DNA from: an uncultured delta proteobacterium
GTDB taxonomy: Bacteria > Myxococcota_A > Polyangia > Palsa-1104
DNA: 64,000 nucleotides
Direction: 5' to 3'
Assembly (NCBI GenBank): GCA_963785725.1
Contig: CAWAWS010000005.1
Coordinates: 128,001 to 192,000 of the forward strand
Part shown: positions 57,449 to 64,000 of the stretch, piece after piece
Layout: every line of letters begins with the position of its first letter
Numbering within the stretch: the first letter of the stretch is position 1
The notes under the pieces: model-generated
Databases searched by the model: none
Told to the model about the DNA's origin: nothing
What the model saw: only the letters and a program-made list of their open reading frames with translations
Program-made: the position numbers and the translations under genes

Positions 57449-57838
57449 ATGAAGATCAAATGGACGACCGTGTATGTGAACGATCAGGACAAGGCGCTGC
57501 GGTTTTATACCGACGTCCTCGGCTTCCAGAAGAAGGCCGATTTTTCGCAGGGCCCGTATCGCTGGCTGACGCTGACGTCGGCGGAAGATCCGAACGGCGT
57601 CGAGCTCGTGCTGGAGTCGATCGGCAATCCGGCGGGGAAAGCGTATCAGGAGGCGCTGTACGGGCAGCAGATGCGGGCGGCGCAGTTCCTCGTCAGCGAC
57701 GTTCAGGCGGAGCACGATCGGCTGGCGGCCAAAGGCGTGAAGTTCACGATGCCGGTCACGAAAGTCACCGGCTCGGTGATCGCGGTGCTCGATGACACCT
57801 GCGGGAATTTGATTCAGCTCGTTCAGCTGGCCTGGTGA
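57449..57838 (+). CDS. VOC/glyoxalase family protein
   Basis: VNDQDKALRFYTDVLGF, RWLT, DDTCGNLIQL; RBS GGAGG. Confidence 0.9.
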   Translation: MKIKWTTVYVNDQDKALRFYTDVLGFQKKADFSQGPYRWLTLTSAEDPNGVELVLESIGNPAGKAYQEALYGQQMRAAQFLVSDVQAEHDRLAAKGVKFTMPVTKVTGSVIAVLDDTCGNLIQLVQLAW

Positions 57839-57977
57839 GCGCGCGACGGCCGCGGCCCGTGCCACTTGGACTGCGGCTGTGGCCACCTCCTGCACGGCAG
57901 CGCTCGCGCGACGTCCTCCGCGCTATGCTGCGGCGGCTGGCATCAGGCTGGCCGGCGCAACGGAGGATGGAGAGAAC

Positions 57978-58394
57978 ATGAAGCCGACAAGTCGTCCCGA
58001 CGGCGATGCCGCCGCGGCGAACATCACGAAGCGGATCGAGGAGCTCGGCGATTGGCGCGGCGAGACGCTGGCGCAGGCCCGTCGGCTCATCCACGCGGCC
58101 GAGCCGGCAATCGTCGAGGAGTGGAAGTGGCGCGGCGTCCCCGTCTGGTCGCATGACGGCATCGTGTGCACCGGGGAATCGTACAAAGAGGTCGTGAAGC
58201 TCACGTTCGCGCGCGGCGCTGCCCTCGCCGATCCGAAGAAGCTGTTCAATTCGAGCCTGGAGGGCAACACGCGGCGGGCGATCGACTACCGCGAGGGCGA
58301 CAAGATCGACGAAGCGGCCTTCAAGCAGCTCGTGCGCGCGGCCGTGGCGGCCAACGCGGCGGCGCGGCCCGCCAAGCCGACGAAGAAGAAGTGA
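57978..58394 (+). CDS. DUF1801 (YdhG-like) protein
   Basis: DWRGETL, EEWKWRGVPVW, KLTFARGA.L.DP..LFNSSLEGNTRRAID. Confidence 0.88.
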   Translation: MKPTSRPDGDAAAANITKRIEELGDWRGETLAQARRLIHAAEPAIVEEWKWRGVPVWSHDGIVCTGESYKEVVKLTFARGAALADPKKLFNSSLEGNTRRAIDYREGDKIDEAAFKQLVRAAVAANAAARPAKPTKKK

Positions 58395-58543
58395 GCCGAC
58401 CGGCGCGGTTGGCGTTTGGGGTACACGTCGGCGCTTCGCGCGTGCGGCCGGAATAAACCTTCCACAGACTTGCCCGACTCCAAGCTGGCCGGTGCGTCGG
58501 AGCGGGGCCGCGCGCGCCCACCGGGCGCACGCCGCGGCCCCGC

Positions 58544-58668
58544 CAATCGTCAACCGCCCGCCAAGCCGCGCTCGTCAACCGCTCGCCAATTCACGCTCGT
58601 CAACCGCTCGCCAATTCACGCTCGTCAACCGCCCGCCCATTCGCGCTCGTCAACCGCCGGCGAATCCG
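58544..58668. repeat. 25-bp intergenic tandem repeat, 5 copies
   Basis: Unit CGCTCGTCAACCGCTCGCCAATTCA, starting at 58544, 58569, 58594, 58619 and 58644. Confidence 0.9.
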
Positions 58669-58683
58669 CGTCGGGCGCGCCGC

Positions 58684-60477
58684 TCAGCCCTTCTTGGCCA
58701 GCTGCAGGTCGATCCACGCCTTGACCCGCGACTCCAACACGTCGAGCGGCAACGCGCCGCCGCCGAGCACGACGTCGTGAAAGCCGCGCACGTCGAACCG
58801 CGCGCCCAGCCGCGTCTCCGCCAGCGTCCGCAGCTCGCGAATCTTCAGCTGCCCGATCTTATAAGCCAGCGCCTGTCCCGGCCAGACGATATAGCGGTCG
58901 ACCTCGACCTCGATATCGTGCTGCGGCCGCGCCGCGTGCGAGCGGAAATAGTCGATCGCCTGCTCGCGCGTCCACCCTTTGGAATGAATCCCGGTATCGA
59001 CCACCAAGCGAATCGCGCGCCACATCTCGAACGTCAATTGCCCGATCTTCGCATAAGGATCGGTATACAGCCCGAGCTCGCCGCCCAACGACTCGGCATA
59101 CAGTCCCCAGCCTTCGACGAACGCCGTATAGCCGCCGTTCTGCCGGAACTTGGGCAGCTCGCCCTGCTCTTGTCCCAACGCGATCTGCAGATGATGACCC
59201 GGCACCGCTTCATGCAAGACGAGCGCTTCCATCTCCCATTTCATTCGCGACTTCAAATCATAACAATTGGCATAGAAGATTCCGGCGCGACCGACATCGG
59301 GCGAGCCGGCATTGTAATAAGCGGCCGTCTGCGTCTTCTCATTCTCAGCCGGCACCGCGTCGACGCCGTAGGTGAGGCGCGGCAACTTGCCGAAGAGATG
59401 CGGCAGCTGCGGATCGACGCGCTTGGCGATGTCGCGATAACCAATCAACAACGACTGGCGATCGCCATAGACGAACTTCGGATCGCTGCGCAGATATTTG
59501 AAGAAGTCGGGCATCGTGCCTTTGAAGCCGGTGGCGCGCATCGCCTTGTCGAGCTCGCCGCCGATCCGCGCCACTTCGTCGAGCCCGATCTGATGGATGC
59601 GCTCGGGCGGCAGCTCGGTCGTCGTCGAGGCGCGCGCGTTGAACGCGTACCACGCGGCGCCGTCGGGGAGCGCCGACAGGCCGATCGTCTGCCGCGCGTG
59701 CGGCACGTATTCGCCGACGACGTAGCTGCGCAGCTGCTTGAGCGCCGGCATGACCTTGTCGGCCAGCACCTGCTTGGCCGCCGCTTGCAGTCGCTGCTGC
59801 TCGGCCGGCGCGATGCTGTCCGGCAGATGCGCGAACTCGATCTGATAGAGCGGCGTCTTCGTCACGTCATCGTTGATCTGATTGCCGATGAGCTCGCCGA
59901 GGCTCACCAAGGTCACCTTCGGCGGCGTCAAGCCCTTGGCCAAGCCGCGCTTCATGAGCGCCGTCGTCTGCTCGATGAGCCTCGGATAGAGCGCCAATCG
60001 CTTGAGGAAGCTCTCGTAGTCGCCGACGTTGCGATGCGGCGCCGCGCGGGCCAGCTCGCTCAGCCAATTGTAGACGCCGCCCATCTGCGTGATCGGCATC
60101 AGCTCGTCGGGAAAGCGCGCGCCTTCGACGTCGAGCTTGGCATTGCGCAAGAACAGATCGTAGTTGAGCTGATCGGCGGCGCTCAGCTTGGCGCGCGCGA
60201 TCTTCTGAATGCGCGGCACGAGCTCGCGCGCATGCCGCCGCCGCCGCTCGATCGCTTCGGGCGAGACATCGTCCAGCTTGTCGTCGTAACGCGGATCGCC
60301 GAGATAAGTGGCGCTGGTCGGCGACTCGCGCAGGCCATATTCCCACTCGTCATCGAGCAGCTGGTGAAAGCGGCGGCCTTCGGGATCGGCCGGCGCCGCC
60401 TGGGCGCGACCGGCGAACGGCAGCGCGGCGACGGACCACACGACCCACGCGACTACGAACGAGCGACTTCGGCGCAT
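58684..60477 (-). CDS. DUF885 family secreted protein (HExxxxH metallopeptidase-like)
   Basis: Signal peptide, IHQIGLDEV, HEAVPGHHLQ, AFVEGWGLYAE, RLVVDTGIH, RYIVWPGQALAYKIG. Confidence 0.92.
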   Translation of the reverse strand: MRRSRSFVVAWVVWSVAALPFAGRAQAAPADPEGRRFHQLLDDEWEYGLRESPTSATYLGDPRYDDKLDDVSPEAIERRRRHARELVPRIQKIARAKLSAADQLNYDLFLRNAKLDVEGARFPDELMPITQMGGVYNWLSELARAAPHRNVGDYESFLKRLALYPRLIEQTTALMKRGLAKGLTPPKVTLVSLGELIGNQINDDVTKTPLYQIEFAHLPDSIAPAEQQRLQAAAKQVLADKVMPALKQLRSYVVGEYVPHARQTIGLSALPDGAAWYAFNARASTTTELPPERIHQIGLDEVARIGGELDKAMRATGFKGTMPDFFKYLRSDPKFVYGDRQSLLIGYRDIAKRVDPQLPHLFGKLPRLTYGVDAVPAENEKTQTAAYYNAGSPDVGRAGIFYANCYDLKSRMKWEMEALVLHEAVPGHHLQIALGQEQGELPKFRQNGGYTAFVEGWGLYAESLGGELGLYTDPYAKIGQLTFEMWRAIRLVVDTGIHSKGWTREQAIDYFRSHAARPQHDIEVEVDRYIVWPGQALAYKIGQLKIRELRTLAETRLGARFDVRGFHDVVLGGGALPLDVLESRVKAWIDLQLAKKG

Positions 60478-60559
60478 GAGGAACGGCATAACACGTCAGG
60501 TCCGCTCGCGTCATCGCCCGGCGCTGGAGTCGCGGCCGGTTTTGTCGCTACAATGGCCA

Positions 60560-61108
60560 ATGCCCGAAGAGATCGAAGTCCCGACCGAGCACTTGCACGA
60601 GACACTGCACGAGCATGCCGAGCAGCACGAGCACGGCGGCGGTCCGCCGTGGACGTCGGCGGTGGCGCTGAGCGCGGCCATCCTCGCGGTGCTGGCGGCC
60701 GTGGCGTCGCTGCTCGCCGGCCATCACGCCAACGAGGCCATGCTCGAGCAGATGCAAGCGAGCGATTCGTGGGCCTATTATCAGGCCAAGAGCATCAAGG
60801 CGTCGGTGCTCGAGACGCGGCTGCAGCTGCTGTCGGCGCTGGGCAAGCCGGGCAGCGACGGCGACCGCCAGAAGCTGGCGACCTACGAAGACGACGGCAA
60901 GAAGATCGAAGAGCAAGGCAAAGAGAACGAAGCCTCGTCCAAGAAGCACATGGAGCGGCACAATGGCCTGGCGCGCGCGGTGACGGTGCTGCAGGTCGCC
61001 ATCGCGCTGGCCGCCATCGCCGTCCTGACGCGGCGGCGCAACGTGTGGTTCGGCAGCCTCGGCTTGGGCGCCATCGGCGCCGTCTTCATCGCGCTGGCCG
61101 TCGTCTGA
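60560..61108 (+). CDS. DUF4337 family membrane protein
   Basis: VALSAAILAV, ASDSWAYYQAKSIK, LQVAIALAAIAVL. Confidence 0.85.
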   Translation: MPEEIEVPTEHLHETLHEHAEQHEHGGGPPWTSAVALSAAILAVLAAVASLLAGHHANEAMLEQMQASDSWAYYQAKSIKASVLETRLQLLSALGKPGSDGDRQKLATYEDDGKKIEEQGKENEASSKKHMERHNGLARAVTVLQVAIALAAIAVLTRRRNVWFGSLGLGAIGAVFIALAVV

Positions 61109-61120
61109 CCGGCGGCGCGA

Positions 61121-61157
61121 CACTGAAGCAGTCACTTCACTAAAGCATTCACTTCAC
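61121..61157. repeat. 17-bp direct repeat, two copies, AT-rich and intergenic
   Basis: CACTGAAGCAGTCACTT / CACTAAAGCATTCACTT / CAC. Confidence 0.6.
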
Positions 61158-61328
61158 GATCGTGATGGCCGCGACCAGGCGGATCCTTCGTGGGCGCCGA
61201 GCGTATCGTGGGTGATGCGTCCGCGGCTGATGGCGCTCCTGCTCGTCTACGGCTGGCGGCGCGCGACCGACTTGGCGCGCGGCCGCATTGGCGTCAGCCA
61301 CGCGCAGCGCGCCCACACGCCGACACCT

Positions 61329-62303
61329 TCACGAAGCGGCAGAAGTAGCGAACATCATGCGGTAGGCGTGCGGCGCGACGCCGAGGGCGCGCTCGAAGGC
61401 GCGCGTCATGCGCGGCGGCGAGCCGAACCCGCAGCGCGCGGCGATCGCCTTGGTGCCGAGCTGCGTCGTCGCCAGCAGCGTTCGCGCCTGCTCCACGCGC
61501 AGCTTCTCGACGAGCTTGGCCGGCGTCGTGTCGAGCGCGTGCAAGCAGTGACGATGCAGCGAGCGCACCGACATGCCCGCGCGGCGCGCCAGCTTGCCGA
61601 CGTCGACCGCGCCGCGCAGGTTGGCGCGCAGCCAGGCGACGACGGGACCGAGCGGATCGGACGCCGAGGTCTGCGCCACCAGCGCCTCCGAGAACTGCGA
61701 CTGAAAGCCGGGCCGGCGCGCGTACAGGACGAGGTGCGCGGCGACCGTGTCGGCGAGCTGGCGGCCGTGATCGTCCTCGACCATCGCCAGCGCCATGTCG
61801 ATGCCGGTCGAGACGCCGGCGGCCGTCCAGACGCGGCCGTCGCGCACGAAGATGGCCTCGGCGTCGACCTCGACCGACGGATATTGGCGCGCCAAGCGAT
61901 CGCACGACGACCAGTGCGTGGCCGCGCGCTTGCCGTCGAGGATGCCGGCGCCGGCGACGATGAACGCGCCGTCGCACACCGAGCCGATGCGGCGCACGAC
62001 GCGCGCCGCCCGCGTAAGCCAACGCGTCAGCGCCGCGTCGGCGACGGCCGTTTCGATGGCGCGATCGTCGCCGCCGGCCACGAGCACGGTGTCATCGGCT
62101 TTGGCGCGCAGCGTCTCCAGATTGCGCGCGGCGACCGACACGCCCGAGGTGAGCGTGATCACGCCGCCGCCGACCGCGGCCACGATCACGTCGTACGCCG
62201 GCGCGCCCAGCCGCCGCGACGCGCTCGAAAACACCTCGGCCGGGCCGAACAAGTCGAGCCCATCGGCGCCCTCGTAAGCGACGAGCAGCACACGTTTACC
62301 CAT
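61329..62303 (-). CDS. GlxA/FtrA family AraC regulator (DJ-1/PfpI + AraC HTH)
   Basis: LDLFGPAEVF, SVCDGAF, ATHW, WTAAGVSTGIDM, RPGFQSQFS, MSVRSLHR, CGFGS. Confidence 0.92.
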   Translation of the reverse strand: MGKRVLLVAYEGADGLDLFGPAEVFSSASRRLGAPAYDVIVAAVGGGVITLTSGVSVAARNLETLRAKADDTVLVAGGDDRAIETAVADAALTRWLTRAARVVRRIGSVCDGAFIVAGAGILDGKRAATHWSSCDRLARQYPSVEVDAEAIFVRDGRVWTAAGVSTGIDMALAMVEDDHGRQLADTVAAHLVLYARRPGFQSQFSEALVAQTSASDPLGPVVAWLRANLRGAVDVGKLARRAGMSVRSLHRHCLHALDTTPAKLVEKLRVEQARTLLATTQLGTKAIAARCGFGSPPRMTRAFERALGVAPHAYRMMFATSAAS

Positions 62304-62338
62304 TGGCAGAAAATAGACTCTGTTTGTCATTCGTGCCA
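62304..62338. promoter_or_regulatory. Inverted-repeat operator between the GlxA regulator and the divergent gene
   Basis: TGGCAGAAAATAGAC-N7-GTCATTCGTGCCA imperfect palindrome. Confidence 0.55.
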
Positions 62339-62376
62339 GCGCGTTTCGTCGTATCGGTGACGACAGGGAGGTTCAC

Positions 62377-63183
62377 ATGACGACCACGCGGCAAGATGGG
62401 ACGAGTCGGCCGAAGCTTTTGACGGTGACGGTGACGGTGACGGCGGCGGCCTTGGCGCTGGGCTGCGCCGGCGGTTGTGGCGCGCCGCCGAGCGGCGACG
62501 GCGGCGGCGCGACGGCGGTGACCGAGTCACTGTCGACCGACGCGCGGCACGGCAATCCGAATCCGGCGCTGTTCGCTAAAGAGGCGCGGCCGTTCGGCCT
62601 CGACATGACGCGCTGGTCCGAAGATTGGTGGCGCTGGGCCTATTCCCTGCCGACGGCGAGCAATCCCAATACGACGCTGACGGCCGCCTGCGACGCCGGC
62701 CAAGCGGGGCCGATGTTCTTCCTGCCCGGCTATTTCGCGGGCGGGCAGACGACGCGCACGTGCACGGTGTCGCGGCATCAGCCGATCGCGGTGTCGCTGG
62801 TGAGCCTGCTCAACGACTATCCCTGCCCCGATCCGACGTTCGCGCCGGCGCCGGGGCAGTCGCTCTACGACTTCCTGCTCGCGGGCGCGACCGCGGCGCA
62901 GACGGCGGAGGTGGCGTCGGTGGCCGCCAGCCTCGACGGCCGGCCGTTCACGGATCTGGCGAGCTACCACTACGATTCGCAGGCGCTGTTCTATCTGACG
63001 GGCGATCCGAGCCTGACGGCCATCGACAGCTGCGTGACCGGGACGCGGCAAGCGGCGGTCGCGGAGTCGTACTTCATCGTGCTCCAGCCGCTGACGCCGG
63101 GCCGGCACGTGTTGACGGCGAGCGTGACGACGCCGGCCGGCGCCACGCTCAGCCAAGCGACGACGACGCTCGACGTGCGTTAA
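62377..63183 (+). CDS. Hypothetical lipoprotein (WWRWA / GPMFFL family)
   Basis: RBS GGAGG, lipobox LALGC, WWRWA..CDAGQAGPMFFL..PLTPGRH. Confidence 0.75.
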   Translation: MTTTRQDGTSRPKLLTVTVTVTAAALALGCAGGCGAPPSGDGGGATAVTESLSTDARHGNPNPALFAKEARPFGLDMTRWSEDWWRWAYSLPTASNPNTTLTAACDAGQAGPMFFLPGYFAGGQTTRTCTVSRHQPIAVSLVSLLNDYPCPDPTFAPAPGQSLYDFLLAGATAAQTAEVASVAASLDGRPFTDLASYHYDSQALFYLTGDPSLTAIDSCVTGTRQAAVAESYFIVLQPLTPGRHVLTASVTTPAGATLSQATTTLDVR

Positions 63184-63238
63184 GGGCCGCCACTTCCGCG
63201 GCGCCGCCTGCGACCGCCGTGTTAGGCTCGCAAACCCG

Positions 63239-63982
63239 GTGATTGTCGAGGTCCGCGCGCTAACGAAACGGTTCGGCGCCGAGCACGCGCTCGGGCCCAT
63301 CGATCTCGTCTTCGATCCCGGCACCACCGCGCTCATCGGGCCGAGCGGCTGTGGCAAGTCGACGCTCTTGCGCCTGCTCGTCGGCCTCATTCGCCCCGAC
63401 GAAGGCGAGGTCCGCTTCGACGACGCGCCGCTCACCGACGCCAACGTCGCCGCCCTGCGCCGCCGCATCGGCTACGTCATCCAAGACGGCGGCCTCTTCC
63501 CGCACTTGAGCGGTGCCGACAACGTCGCCCTGATGGCGCGGCAGATCGGCTGGGACAAAGCGCGCATCCAGGCGCGCCTCGGGGAGCTGGCGCTGCTCGT
63601 GCACTTGTCGGACGAGGCGCTGCTGCGCTATCCGCGGCAGTTGTCGGGCGGCCAGCGCCAGCGCGTCAGCCTCATGCGCGCGCTGATGCTCGATCCCGAC
63701 GTCATCCTGCTCGACGAGCCGCTAGGCGCGCTCGATCCGCTGGTGCGCTCGGAGCTGCAGGTCGACTTGAAGGGAATCTTCGCGCGCCTCGGCAAGACGG
63801 TGGTGCTCGTGACCCACGATCTCGGCGAGGCGGGCTTCCTGGCGCAGCGGATCGCGCTCATGCAGAGCGGTCGCGTGCTGCAGCTCGGGTCGATCGCGTC
63901 GCTGTACGAGACGCCGGCCGATCCCTTCGTCACCCACTTCGTGCGCGCGCAGACCTACAAATTGCCGTGGTCGCCGCAATGA
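63239..63982 (+). CDS. ABC transporter ATP-binding subunit, osmoprotectant (ProV/OpuA/YehX) type
   Basis: GPSGCGKST, IGYVIQDGGLFPH, LSGGQRQR, DEPLGALDP, VTHD, PADPFV. The next gene appears to start at the ATGA at 63979. Confidence 0.9.
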   Translation: MIVEVRALTKRFGAEHALGPIDLVFDPGTTALIGPSGCGKSTLLRLLVGLIRPDEGEVRFDDAPLTDANVAALRRRIGYVIQDGGLFPHLSGADNVALMARQIGWDKARIQARLGELALLVHLSDEALLRYPRQLSGGQRQRVSLMRALMLDPDVILLDEPLGALDPLVRSELQVDLKGIFARLGKTVVLVTHDLGEAGFLAQRIALMQSGRVLQLGSIASLYETPADPFVTHFVRAQTYKLPWSPQ

Positions 63983-64000
63983 CGAGGCCAATGATGAGAC

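Noticed and set aside
58544..58668. Possible CRISPR array
   Set aside because: Units are contiguous with no unique spacers, and no cas genes are in the window.
58492..61143. 883-aa plus-strand ORF
   Set aside because: Antisense to DUF885 and out of frame with DUF4337; no recognisable domain.

Overview
Very GC-rich (about 70% by eye) bacterial chromosomal segment. The gene repertoire (Hanks kinase with PEGA/Kelch partners, Cys-rich lipoproteins, TSP3-OmpA) suggests a myxobacterium or other deltaproteobacterium; this is inference. About 55 CDS. I saw no rRNA, tRNA, CRISPR array or mobile element. Main blocks: arsR-arsC-acr3 (4.8-6.6 kb); a PAS3 kinase, receiver and hybrid kinase relay (6.6-10.5 kb); a divergent TetR / flavin monooxygenase pair resembling tetracycline destructases (12.1-14.0 kb); a moxR-DUF58-bat operon with a two-component system (14-24.6 kb); a ricin-lectin/lysozyme-fold lipoprotein; an OafA-type acyltransferase; and a MOSC-reductase fusion. 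The best novelty candidate is a self-contained cyclic-nucleotide signalling locus at 33.96-42.98 kb. It encodes FecR, a beta-barrel/OmpA protein with five exact 101-aa repeats, a Ser/Thr kinase fused to a cNMP-binding domain, a CHASE2 class III cyclase with Cya2-type (Glu/Gly, guanylyl-like) specificity residues, an MBL-fold phosphodiesterase and a cNMP-GGDEF diguanylate cyclase. It sits back-to-back with a MaoC-SDR-FkbH-ACP-MBOAT-SGNH envelope acylation cluster (43.1-48.8 kb). Nine otherwise intact genes carry single-base frameshifts, most likely long-read assembly errors. Many long ORFs in the supplied track are GC-rich shadow ORFs.
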